Of a stretch of DNA of 34,999 nt, positions 11,105-22,170 are shown one piece after another. The stretch comes from Octopus bimaculoides (lineage: Eukaryota), in the NCBI RefSeq assembly GCF_001194135.2, contig NC_068981.1:178532852-178567850 (forward strand), given 5' to 3'. Position 1 is the first letter of the stretch, and every line of letters starts with the position of its first letter. The notes below the pieces were generated by a model. The model made no database searches. It saw only the letters and a program-made list of their open reading frames with translations, and had not been told where the DNA came from. Both the position numbers and the translations under genes were made by a program.

Positions 11105-11452
11105 ATCCACTGCTTTCCTTTGGCAAGAAAGAAGGTAGCCTTCTTCTGCCTGCTAACTATGCTGAAGAAAGCTGTGTGATGGTCACCGTTGAAACGGGCC
11201 TACTCTAATAATGCAGCCAAACATTATTTTGTTAGGGTATCTCGATCGCCTTATGTGTTTGCACTATTTCAATTTAGGGATCCTTTCTTGCAAATATGTT
11301 GCTTTGTTTTGTTATTTCTACTTTTTGTTTTTATTGTTATTGTTGACTTCAACCTTTTCCTTGATAAAAATCCCACTGTTCCTTGTTTTCTTCTTTTGTA
11401 ATTCTCCTTGCTACTCTCTTTAACATATTGAGCCCTTGTGGTCAACAGTAAA
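11105..11452 (+). mobile_element. Possible L1/Tx1-type LINE 3' remnant
   Basis: KVAFFCLLTMLKKAV*WSPLK resembles the C-terminal FLCL.A.AKE.VWW.RLK motif of Tx1-like ORF2s. It is followed by a T-rich UTR ending gagcccttgtggtcaa. Recognition by eye only. Confidence 0.35.
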
Positions 11453-12374
11453 AATCGTTATTCGGTTACACTAGTAATTAACTCTTCGTATGCTGTTTTA
11501 TCCCGTTCTCTTTACAGTTGTCGGTTTTCAATAATATAACATAACTTATGAAGAGGAATCATTTACAAAATCGAGTGTCAACAAATTAGGTTCAGTACTT
11601 AAAGATTTATTTCTTCGAATTTCTGTGTTAAATCAGAGATCATTTGAGATACAGAAGATCTTAGGGACATTCTATTTTCTGAAGAATTTCTTTAATATTT
11701 TTTTCGGGAACACAAAGTGTAGCTCTTTGCCTTGGTTAACATACGAATGTAAAGAAATGTTTTAGGTAAAAGATATTTCATTCAAGAATTGCTTATTTAT
11801 GAAGTGAAATACTACACAGCTAAAACACTCTAAAAAGTGATTAGTTAATGAAATTCAGCCATAATGCCTTTTCTTTTGTTTACCAAAGTCTAAGTGTGTT
11901 TCTTTGAATGACTCATTTACGAGTGCAGAATGTCAAAGCAATAACAAAAAGAAAGCTCATTTATGCATGTGTGATTGCAATTTTGTTCTTTTATTAGAAT
12001 GCGTTTTTTTAATGCTTGAAATATTTTTTGCTCTGTGCCTGGTTGCAGAGAGCAGTCATCAGCGTATCCTCTTAGCAACTGGCTATTTCACACAACAGTC
12101 ACATAACAGCCATTATACCAGCGCTCTAATGCAGCAGTTTATGATGCATGAAAGAAGAAGACATGTACTTTTTTTTAATGTATAATCTTTGTTTCTTTAG
12201 AACCATTAATAGATTAGTTAGCTTGCCGTTGGATAACAATACAATGCTAAAACAAACAAACAAAATAAACAACACAAGGCACGGCAGCTCTTAAAAGAAA
12301 GAGTAACGTCCCTTGATAGCATATTTGAGAAGAAATGACGTCAGTGGAGTGATAATGATGGTACTTGTTTCTGG

Positions 12375-12425
12375 TTACACCCTCGTGTACCTGGAGTTCA
12401 TTGTTGCGCCGTTGCATGTTGTTTT
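12375..12425 (-). CDS. FABP: FABP/iLBP-family gene, terminal coding exon (equivalent to FABP exon 4): KTTCNGATMNSRYTRV*
   Basis: Minus strand ctattgtttcatcttttacag|AAA ACA ACA TGC...AGG GTG TAA: 51 nt including stop, phase 0, in frame with the 16816-16926 exon. It matches the length and pattern of FABP last exons (TLTHGTAVCTRTYEK). Candidate poly(A) signals downstream on minus at 12174-12179 (ATTAAA) and 11990-11995 (AATAAA). Confidence 0.78.
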   Translation of the reverse strand, partial: KTTCNGATMNSRYTRV

Positions 12426-13247
12426 CTGTAAAAGATGAAACAATAGCGTCATGCAGGAAATAAAACACTGAAAAGAAAAGACGCACAAAGAAAGTATCAT
12501 ATTACCAACTTATATTTTCTTTCTTGTCAGAATATATTAATATTCTGACAACAAGAAAAGAGAGAGAGAGAGAAAAAAAAAGCATGTGAGGGCAGTTTTT
12601 CCGCATGGTGATCAGACATAACCATAGACATATCTTTTTCATGCAGAATTTATATTGTCTACAAAAATCAGCATTCGACATGTATATCTTCATTTTCATT
12701 CTGCATTAGACTAACTCACAAAATGCTATAAAAACATTTACATCTAATTTAAGAACATTCCGGCTTTTACACTTTTTTTAAAACAACAAATGAATTTTCT
12801 TTCATTTTTCTTATACCATGCCCATTTTAAGTGCATCTTATATACTTAAAAATTAGTTTCGGTTTATAATACATCAAATCCTCATCGTCTGAGAATGTGT
12901 TGCAGAGAATCTTTTCAACAGAAATTCACAGCCACATGGTCTCTAAACTTTAACTGAAATGGTTGTGCACTTTATTTTCTTTTAGTTTTATTCAGCCGCT
13001 GCGATAACATAGGAAACTGATGTTTCTCTGATCAAAGACAAATCAGTTTAGAATTTGAGAGCTGTCGTTGCAAAACTGACATTAAATTACTCTTTAAAGT
13101 GAATTCTTTTGTATGTGGAAGACAAGCATTAGTATTGTATACCTCACAGAAAACAGTGATAAAGTTTCTTCCTTTCTTCCCGTTTGTAAGAAAGAGCATC
13201 ACGAAGACAAGCACGTGAACTTTCTTCCCGAAAACTGAGTTTGTTAC

Positions 13248-13249
<2 letters not shown>

Positions 13250-13316
<67 letters not shown>
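13250..13316. repeat. (CTAT)n microsatellite (others at 14510-14572 and 28510-28572)
   Basis: Direct reading. Confidence 0.97.
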
Positions 13317-14520
13317 GTACCTGTCTACATACGCACATGTAAATATATGCACATATACAGCAACCCCTGCTGCTAAGCGTAAGCTCTAAAACAATTTTTT
13401 TAGCTATCGAACTTCGATACAGGAAAAACAACCTTCTGCGTAAATTGCGTAAACTATTGTTTCTGAAAGGTGTCTTCTATACCTTCTACGAACTGCTCGA
13501 AGCGTACTATCTTCCTACACTTTAATTCTTGGATCTTACCTTTACTTATTACTATATACATACATATATACATACATATATATATATATATNNNNNNNNN
13601 NNNNNNNNNNNNNNNNNNNNNNNNNNNNNNNNNNNNNNNNNNNNNNNNNNNNNNNNNNNNNNNNNNNNNNNNNNNNNNNNNNNNNNNNNNNNNNNNNNNN
13701 NNNNNNNNNNNNNNNNNNNNNNNNNNNNNNNNNNNNNNNNNNNNNNNNNNNNNNNNNNNNNNNNNNNNNNNNNNNNNNNNNNNNNNNNNNNNNNNNNNNN
13801 NNNNNNNNNNNNNNNNNNNNNNNNNNNNNNNNNNNNNNNNNNNNNNNNNNNNNNNNNNNNNNNNNNNNNNNNNNNNNNNNNNNNNNNNNNNNNNNNNNNN
13901 NNNNNNNNNNNNNNNNNNNNNNNNNNNNNNNNNNNNNNNNNNNNNNNNNNNNNNNNNNNNNNNNNNNNNNNNNNNNNNNNNNNNNNNNNNNNNNNNNNNN
14001 NNNNNNNNNNNNNNNNNNNNNNNNNNNNNNNNNNNNNNNNNNNNNNNNNNNNNNNNNNNNNNNNNNNNNNNNNNNNNNNNNNNNNNNNNNNNNNNNNNNN
14101 NNNNNNNNNNNNNNNNNNNNNNNNNNNNNNNNNNNNNNNNNNNNNNNNNNNNNNNNNNNNNNNNNNNNNNNNNNNNNNNNNNNNNNNNNNNNNNNNNNNN
14201 NNNNNNNNNNNNNNNNNNNNNNNNNNNNNNNNNNNNNNNNNNNNNNNNNNNNNNNNNNNNNNNNNNNNNNNNNNNNNNNNNNNNNNNNNNNNNNNNNNNN
14301 NNNNNNNNNNNNNNNNNNNNNNNNNNNNNNNNNNNNNNNNNNNNNNNNNNNNNNNNNNNNNNNNNNNNNNNNNNNNNNNNNNNNNNNNNNNNNNNNNNNN
14401 NNNNNNNNNNNNNNNNNNNNNNNNNNNNNNNNNNNNNNNNNNNNNNNNNNNNNNNNNNNNNNNNNNNNNNNNNNNTATATGTATGTATGTATGTATGCAT
14501 GTCTACCTGTCTATCTATCC

Positions 14521-14574
<54 letters not shown>

Positions 14575-15559
14575 ATTGCTGGTGACATTTTTTGATAAAT
14601 TGCTAACAGATAATGGATAAAGGAAAAGTTTAACTTGCATCAGATATGAAGACTGACTAAAAAGAAAATCTACTTCTGTTTGTATTGGCTAATAAAGACC
14701 AATGTAGCCTTGATAATGACAACTCAATTATATGTAACACCACAAGCTGTTTAAGACTTTAATAATGTGGACTTCCTTAAAGTCTGAAACTACTGAGATT
14801 TCGACCAAAGAAAAGTTAGAAAGCTACAAGACTGGTCTTCAATGTAGCATTTAATATCGAACCTCTTAAAACGACACGGATTTCCAGATCCCGGTAAACA
14901 GCTATTTAGAGTAAGCAATATGTCCTAGAATTAGCTGTAATTAGAACTGTCAGAGACATTAGATTACAATAGTATTACAATAGTTTTAATTACTGTCTGA
15001 ACCGATTGCCTTGTCTATTAAGTATTCGTTCATGGTGCAATCTTTGTGAAGTCTCTACATTTCCCGGTCAGGCAACAGTGCAGTCATGTCAATGTCTGGT
15101 CATTTTGTATCAACTAACAAAACTTTTAGGACTTTGTCAATGACTATCTTAATAATATTGAGAGCGGTTTATATTTTAGAAAAAGGTGTTCAGTTGTAAG
15201 AACGAAGAGGTGTTCTTGGAAGTGTTGTTGTTTGGATCCAAATTGGTCCCGATCGAGTAGATCTATGATCAAAAGCATTCAAGACAGGACACCCCCATAT
15301 ATTACTTTATCCAGGAAGCGCGTAGCCTCGACTACATTATCCAATATGTCTTTTCCTTTTTTTTTTTAAATAAAAAACGATTAGGCATATTTTGGAGGAG
15401 ATTTGACGGCTATGTCTAGAAGGTCGAGCGACTACGCAGAAGCTTTCTCATTGTTGATGATGTTACTGCTTCTGTTATATAGCTCTTGGCTAACTCACAA
15501 GCGTTCCAATCATGACAAGTCTGTCTTTTGTTTCAAGAATAGGATACACATTATTGTAA

Positions 15560-15692
15560 TGTATCCTTTACTTTATTTTATCAACTCCGAAAAGATGAAA
15601 TGTAAAGTTGACCTCGGCGAAATTTGAACCCAGAACGTAAGATCTGACGAAATGCTGTTAAGGGTTTTGCCCGTTGTGTTAACGATTCTGCC
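15560..15692 (-). mobile_element. Partial family-A SINE
   Basis: ttatcaactccgaaaagatgaaatgtaaagttgacctcggcgaaatttgaacccagaacg...aacgattctgcc. Confidence 0.7.
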
Positions 15693-16204
15693 AATAATAC
15701 CAATGTAGTAGGGTGGTTTTCATCGTTTCTTAGCGTGCAGAAGTCTTTAGTTTTGTGTACGTATGTCTGTGTGTTTGCATGTGTAGATGCGTTGTACACA
15801 CGCGAACACACACGCACGAACAAGCGCATGCATTTTTGTACATACGTACGCGTGGTGTTTGCATATGTCTATATATTTACGTATTTAAAATGTTTAGACT
15901 TTTCTTTTTATTAGCAAAGTCACTTAATATTCTCTGACGCTTAATATTCTCGACTGTAAATAGATCCGCGGAGGTACATTTGATTGTTATAAGTAGAAGA
16001 AACAGTGTAAATTTCCTCGAGGAACTGAATTCTGTTTCAAAGATGCAGTGATAGCTTCGGAGAAGGAAGACTATCCTTCATTTTTTTTCAGTGTATGTCG
16101 TTCAGAAACCCTTTATTATTGAGCAGCCAGTACAGAGAACGCAGACCAGCCATCAGTCGGCAATATCAGGTTCTATACTCGACTAGTACATATTTTAATG
16201 ACTC

Positions 16205-16750
16205 CAAAATTTTGGTTTCAAATTTTGGCACTGGGCCTGCAATTTCGGTGAAGAGGTGAGTCGATTAATCCACTCCAGTGCTCGACTGGTACTTATTTTA
16301 TCGATTCCGAAAGGATGAAAGATAAGTTAACCTCGGCAGAATTTGAACTCAGAACGTAAAGACAGACTAAATGTCGCTAAGTGCTGACGATTCTGCCAGC
16401 TTGTCGCTTTCAACGACACCGAAATAATCCTTTCTGTTACAAGCACAAGACCTAAAATTTTGGGGGAGGTGGCTAGCCTATTACATCGATCCCAGTATTC
16501 AGCTGATACTTATTTTATCGACTCCAAAAAGATGGAAGACTAAATTGACATCAACGGAATTTGAACTCAGAACGTAAGGAGGGACGAAATTTCGCCAAGC
16601 ATTTTGTTCGGTATGCTAATGATTCTGTTTGCTCGCCGCCTTGCAACAACTCCAAAATAATAACAGGTAAAATCGGACTCAGACCGCAAAAAAAACGTAA
16701 TAACGCAAAGCATTTTCGTCGACTCTCTAACGATTTAGCTGATACACTAA
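16205..16750 (-). mobile_element. Cluster of 2-3 tandem family-A SINEs just downstream of the FABP exon 3 donor
   Basis: Copies at about 16210-16410 and 16421-16642, with a remnant at 16655-16750. All share gaactcagaacgtaa and gacgattctg motifs. Confidence 0.75.
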
Positions 16751-16815
16751 GTTGAAAAATGCTTTCTCGTCTTACTTTAGATATAACAGTAGGGGACAAG
16801 CATGAAAATACTTAC

Positions 16816-16926
16816 CACAATCATATTGCCATTTTCTATCCTCCGAATAATATGCATCTCGGCACCTTGTAGACTCTCTCCCGTATGTTTCTCAACGAAT
16901 TTATCTCCATCAGCTGTAATGATACT
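16816..16926 (-). CDS. FABP: FABP/iLBP-family gene, penultimate coding exon (equivalent to FABP exon 3): SIITADGDKFVEKHTGESLQGAEMHIIRRIENGNMIV
   Basis: Minus strand reads cctgtattttcttttgcag|AGT ATC ATT...ATG ATT GTG|gtaagt: strong acceptor and donor, 111 nt, phase 0/0, no stops. The peptide aligns by eye to FABP exon 3 (e.g. [34 protein letters not shown]). Symbol is family-level only; ortholog unknown. Confidence 0.82.
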
Positions 16927-16946
16927 CTGCAAAAGAAAATACAGGA

Positions 16947-16958
16947 TTATTATTGTTG

Positions 16959-17046
<88 letters not shown>

Positions 17047-17053
17047 CATTATT
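16947..17053. repeat. (TTA)n microsatellite abutting the FABP exon-3 polypyrimidine tract
   Basis: Direct reading. It ends about 20 nt upstream (minus sense) of the acceptor at 16927. Confidence 0.97.
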
Positions 17054-18008
17054 AATATAAGTTGGAAGTTATATAAGGAAATCATAATGTTCGTATTTAT
17101 TCTCAAGGTATTTGTATTTGTTTGTCAAACGAAACTTGAAATATATTTTAAAACGTAAACCTGCTTCGAGACGTACATTATTAGAATGCTTTTATATATT
17201 CCTATGATTCATGTATTCTCTTAAGGAAAATATGTAATTAGTTGCATTGCCTTCTCTAGATATGAGCCAATACTTTAGGATGGAAATTAACAATGCGGTT
17301 TCAAATCCCGATCGAGCTATTCCTTCAACACTTTCAATCCACGGTCTCAATAATTTCCATCTCAGTCATTTCTCTCAGCTATTTCCATCCTTGGTCCCCA
17401 ACATAGAGAGGGATGAATTTCACCATTCTGACACGTTATTAACATTATATAAATAAAGCCTTAGTTGGTCACCAAATAGCAAGCGAGCTAATGAAGGAGC
17501 GGGCTTTGAGGTCATTTGACTTGCTGTAATTTGCAGCCAAATTCCCGTCAACGAACATCCTACAGTCTTATAAAAGTGAAGACAAACTGGATAACAAAAC
17601 AATATGCTCTTGATTGGATAAGCTTTGATCAGGTATGTTGATTCAAAGCTGACAAAGAGCTATATTAAAACAACAGCCAAACGACTATTGCAAGGAGATA
17701 TTGAAAATTACAATGTTCACGAACTTCCTCCAGGAAAATGTCTCGCATAGGTATCATTGCAAATGCCAGAGATGCGCCAGCAATCTCCCAGAAAACGATT
17801 CTGTAACTCTGTTTCAATGTTTTTTCTAAACTAGTAAACCCCATTTACGAAAGGCATGGAAATCACAATTTCCTACTTCCTCCGTGAGATAGAATTTAAG
17901 AGATTTGTGCCGTGTCAACAATATTCTTACAATGATGAGGAATTCCAGTGGTCACGAGAATAAAATACTAGCTTGTTATTGAGTGTAGATTCGCACATCT
18001 TCACTTAC

Positions 18009-18059
18009 AAAATCGTTACTTGTGATGGGTTTCTCCGAATCAAAATCGCATTTCGTGAC
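18009..18059 (-). other. Candidate 51-nt phase-0 cassette exon (VTKCDFDSEKPITSNDF)
   Basis: Minus strand cctaactcatattaggcag|GTC ACG...GAT TTT|gtaagt: branch-like CTAAC, open frame, perfect donor. The pyrimidine tract is weak and the peptide shows no clear FABP similarity. Confidence 0.25.
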
Positions 18060-18119
18060 CTGCCTAATATGAGTTAGGAATGAAGTGAACATATTTCATA
18101 TTTCTACAACTAGAGAATG

Positions 18120-18500
18120 GGATCATCCATCCATCCATCCATCCATCCATCCATCCATCCATCTATCCATCCATCCATCCATCCATCCATCCACCCATCT
18201 TCTCCGGCTGTTATTCCTGGGAGGATCGTAGAACTAGATTCCTCAGATGACTCCCTTCACAGGGCCCTATTAGAAGCAACTGTCATTACACTTTCCAACT
18301 GGATTTTCAAGCGTTACCAACTGAAGCAATGGATATTATCCAACCGTCTCGTTCTTGGTATAGGTATAGATCTCTCACCGGTTGGCTCGTCTTGAAGATT
18401 CCGTCTTGCGAGTCTTTCCTGCAACATTCTAATGACATGTCCGTAGTTCCGGAGCTATGACATCAGGAGTAATTAAAGTAAGTTGTCTTCAACCAGAAAG
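18120..18500 (-). mobile_element. RTE-clade (Rex3/Expander-like) LINE 3' fragment with (GATG)n tail
   Basis: Minus frame LRNYGHVIRMLQERLARRNLQDEPTGERSIPIPRTRRLDNI matches the RTE C-terminal LRWYGHV.RM..ERL.RR.L...PTG.R..GRPR.RW motif. It ends in a (GATG)n tract (plus strand (CATC)n, 18122-18197). Confidence 0.8.
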
Positions 18501-19249
18501 CGAAACCAGTCCGCGCTTTGCCTTGGTTTATCGGAACTTTAATTTTTTGCCCAACAATGAATTTTACCGATTGCGTCAACAACTTCAGTAAACAATCAAT
18601 ACACGCCATTTTCTGCATTTCATTTCTCCACGTTAGCCGTTTCCGCGTTTCGCTTATCTAAATTTTTAAATTTCACGGTGAAGCACATTTCTTGATTTGG
18701 AAAATTGGGAAATCGTTTCAATTGTTTAAAATACATCTATTCTAATAGATGACGAAGATAAAGGGGAAAAAAGTAAGGCAAAATGAATGGAAAGAGGTAA
18801 AAAACAATACAGAGGAAGAACCGCATGGCAGAATCAGGGAGTGAAGGATATGGAACCCCCCCCCCCCAGAAAAGAAAGAGTAGTCGACAAGGTTGGGGGT
18901 GGAAGAAGAAAACGATTAGAAAAAGATGGAGTAGGAAAATATGCACAAAAAAAGAAAAAAAGATGAGAAGAGATAAGAAGAAAAAGTGGAAGAGGGAAAG
19001 GAAGATAAAAACGAAGTAAAGTGGTAGGTCCTGTAACGTTTCCTCTTCTACTTGAGAAATTCAAATGAGGTGATAAACAATGGGTAAAGAAGTGAGGGAA
19101 GAAAGAAAAGAAGAGACGAAGGAAGTGGAAGAAGAGACAGTCCGCTATGATGAAACAACACTCCTTTCTATTTATAGTTTCGATCATTTGATTTTATTGG
19201 AGTTATCTCTCATGCTTGTTCTTAAATTTTAAAAACTACTAGCTAAGTG

Positions 19250-19580
19250 TGCGTTTCAAAGACGGGTCTTTCTTATTAGGAAATGATGGATTCTCCTGTC
19301 GTAAACGACTGACGAGGGTTTCGCAATTCCTTGCTAAACAACCTGCATAGATGATTTGTTTTATAGTGGTCAAATATTTTGCTGCACATTAGCTCACCCG
19401 CTCCGTCAAATCAACATTGCCTGCACAGACGCCCGGTGTGCTAAACGTAAGATGTCTACGAGATCGCAGAGCAACGTGAAATGAAATGATTTGCTCACGA
19501 GCACAACACCACCGCTCAACCCGGGAATCAAAACCACGATCTTGTAATCGTGAGTACAGCGCCTTAATTACGAGGCCAAA
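19250..19580 (-). mobile_element. tRNA-derived SINE, family C (decayed)
   Basis: Minus head tggcctcgtaattaaggcgctgtactcacgattacaagatcgtggttttgattcccgg (A and B boxes), then ttgtgctcgtgagcaaatcatttcatttcacgttgctc. Confidence 0.6.
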
Positions 19581-20894
19581 TAAGTTAGCATAGATGTCAG
19601 ATAAGTCAGCATCGAATCAACGACGCCAAATAGGCGGCACCAGAAACGGCTGTGCCTAAACGTCTCATAGCCACTCATCTTTTCTTTCCAGAACGTTGTC
19701 CCTCTATAAATTCACCCTACATCTGTCTTTCCAGAAAATCACCGGCCTGCGACAGCTTAAGCGGAACACTTATGGCATCAACCTCACTGATCTAGGAAGG
19801 CCCATGAAGACCATGGATATACACAACTCCGCATACAGACCAAACTAATACAAATAAATAGATAAATAAAGAAGTGAATCGATGTTATACCTATTACATA
19901 TCTGTAATTAATATGTGGATTACCCATATGAGGTAGTTTCTCTCAACCTTATTGACGATATTCATAAGTAGCGTCGCTGCATTTCGCTAACCTGCAAATC
20001 TCTCTGCAGGTAAGTTAAGATTGTATTATGCTGTCTTATTATGCTGTCTTATGATGCAACAAATTCAAAATAATTTGAATTCGTGCAATTGACTCACTTG
20101 AGTTAGTTCTCTTAGCTCTTTATATATNNNNNNNNNNNNNNNNNNNNNNNNNNNNNNNNNNNNNNNNNNNNNNNNNNNNNNNNNNNNNNNNNNNNNNNNN
20201 NNNNNNNNNNNNNNNNNNNNNNNNNNNNNNNNNNNNNNNNNNNNNNNNNNNNNNNNNNNNNNNNNNNNNNNNNNNNNNNNNNNNNNNNNNNNNNNNNNNN
20301 NNNNNNNNNNNNNNNNNNNNNNNNNNNNNNNNNNNNNNNNNNNNNTATACACACACATACGTATGTATGTATGTATGTATGTATCTCTCCCTCTCCCTCT
20401 CCCCTTCTCTCTCTATCTATATTTAGTGGTGCTACGTCAAAAATATCTGGTTACTCCCACGGAAAGACGGCTGCCGTTGATGTGTTAATTCTCAACTGAA
20501 CGACTACCGAACTACTAACCCGCAACAACATCCCCAACCATACAGCAGCTTGCAGACATAGTGGCAACAGTTTCATGCGAACATCCTGTCCGAGCGCGTG
20601 GGCCAAAGAATGAAGAAAAGAACTGATGTCGCTTCCGGACCAATAACACCACGTGACCTGAGTTGACCAATAGAGGCCTAACATCAAGAAGCTATCTTGA
20701 ATTTGTCTCAAATCCTATTAATCTTCTCCAATTATCTGATGAGGTGGGCTTGTCCCATGAGCCTGCGAAACCTAAAATCGTATGTAGCTGAGTCAAGCTA
20801 TTATTAAACAACAACAACAACAACAACAACACACACACGTGTGTGTGTATGTTGTGTGTCTGTGTGTGTGTACGTATGAATATATATATTTGTA

Positions 20895-20938
<44 letters not shown>

Positions 20939-21030
20939 CACATCTGTGTGTGTACATGGGCATGTTTGTATACATACACATGAATATATATACATGTGCA
21001 TGTGTGTGTTTGAGTGTGGGAGTGGGGGTG

Positions 21031-21095
<65 letters not shown>

Positions 21096-21279
21096 CCATC
21101 CAGTGTTGCCTGGTTGCCAAAACTGCAAAACTTTGCAAAATAGAATCAACCAAATATTAAACTGCTCCCGAACGTTATACTTTGGCAGCCATCATTCTTG
21201 CATAAGAATATGTAATACCAAATGAAGTCCTCTGAGAGCAGGAGTTGTACAATCTCTGAGCAAGTTTGTTTCAAATATC

Positions 21280-21624
21280 TTTTCTAATTTAGGCACAAGG
21301 CTCCAAATTTTTTGGCGTGGCGGGGCCAGTCGATTAGATCGACCCCAGTGCGTAACTGGTACTTAATTTATCGACCCCGAAAGGATGAAAGGCAAAGTCG
21401 ACCTCGGCGGAAGTTTGTTTCACAGACAACCGAAACGGAGAGCATGATTTTCCCTTTAGTTGCACCGCATTTGCAAGATGGCAAGCTGGCAGAATCGTTA
21501 GAACACCGGGCACCATACTTAACGGCATTTCGTACGTCTTCATGTTCTGAGTTCAAATTCCGCCGCAGTCGACATTGCCTTTCATCTTTCGGGTTCGATA
21601 AAATAAGTACTAGTTGAGCACTGG
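21280..21624. mobile_element. Two family-A SINE pieces in opposite orientation (21280-21413 minus, 21476-21624 plus)
   Basis: The first piece ends at gacctcggcggaa. The second starts gatggcaagctggcagaatcgttag and runs into the gap. Confidence 0.75.
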
Positions 21625-21797
21625 NNNNNNNNNNNNNNNNNNNNNNNNNNNNNNNNNNNNNNNNNNNNNNNNNNNNNNNNNNNNNNNNNNNNNNNNNNNN
21701 NNNNNNNNNNNNNNNNNNNNNNNNNNNNNNNNNNNNNNNNNNNNNNNNNNNNNNNNNNNNNNNNNNNNNNNNNNNNNNNNNNNNNNNNNNNNNNNNN

Positions 21798-22170
21798 CAT
21801 GGTTCCAGGTTCAGTCCCACTGCGTGGCACCTTGTGCAAGTGTCTTCTAATATAGCCTCGGGCCGACCAAAGCCTTGTGAGTGGATTTGGTAGACGGAAA
21901 CTGAAAGAAGCCCGTCGTATATATGCACATATATATGTGTGTGTGTGTGTGTGTGTATATTTGTGTGTCTGTGTTTGTCCCTCCAACATCGCTTGACAAC
22001 CGATGCTGGTGTGTTTACGTCCCCATAACTTAGCGGTTCGGCAAAAGAGACCGATAGAATAAGTACTAAGGCTTACAAAGAATAAGTCCTGGGGTCGATT
22101 TGCTCGACTAAAGGCGGTGCTCCAGCATGGCCGCAGTCAAATGACTGAAACAAGTAAAAGAGTAAAAGAG
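21798..22170 (+). mobile_element. Family-B SINE, well preserved
   Basis: ggttcagtcccactgcgtggcaccttgtgcaagtgtcttc...gaaagaagcccgtcg...cttagcggttcggcaaaag...ccagcatggccgcagtc...aagtaaaagagtaaaagag. Other 3' halves lie at about 195-362 and 24150-24345. Confidence 0.85.

Noticed and set aside
17420-17810. Minus-strand peptides NRFLGDCWRISGICNDTYARHF and CLHFYKTVGCSLTGIWLQIT..., faintly like FABP exons 1 and 2
   Set aside because: The first has no ATG or usable acceptor and only a weak donor. The second has a good acceptor but no phase-0 donor before a stop. The similarity is within chance.
20520-20580. Minus-strand MKLLPLCLQAAVWLGMLLR|gttagt as a signal-peptide exon
   Set aside because: It lies in a probable repeat (Penelope-like pLTR region) and has no independent support.
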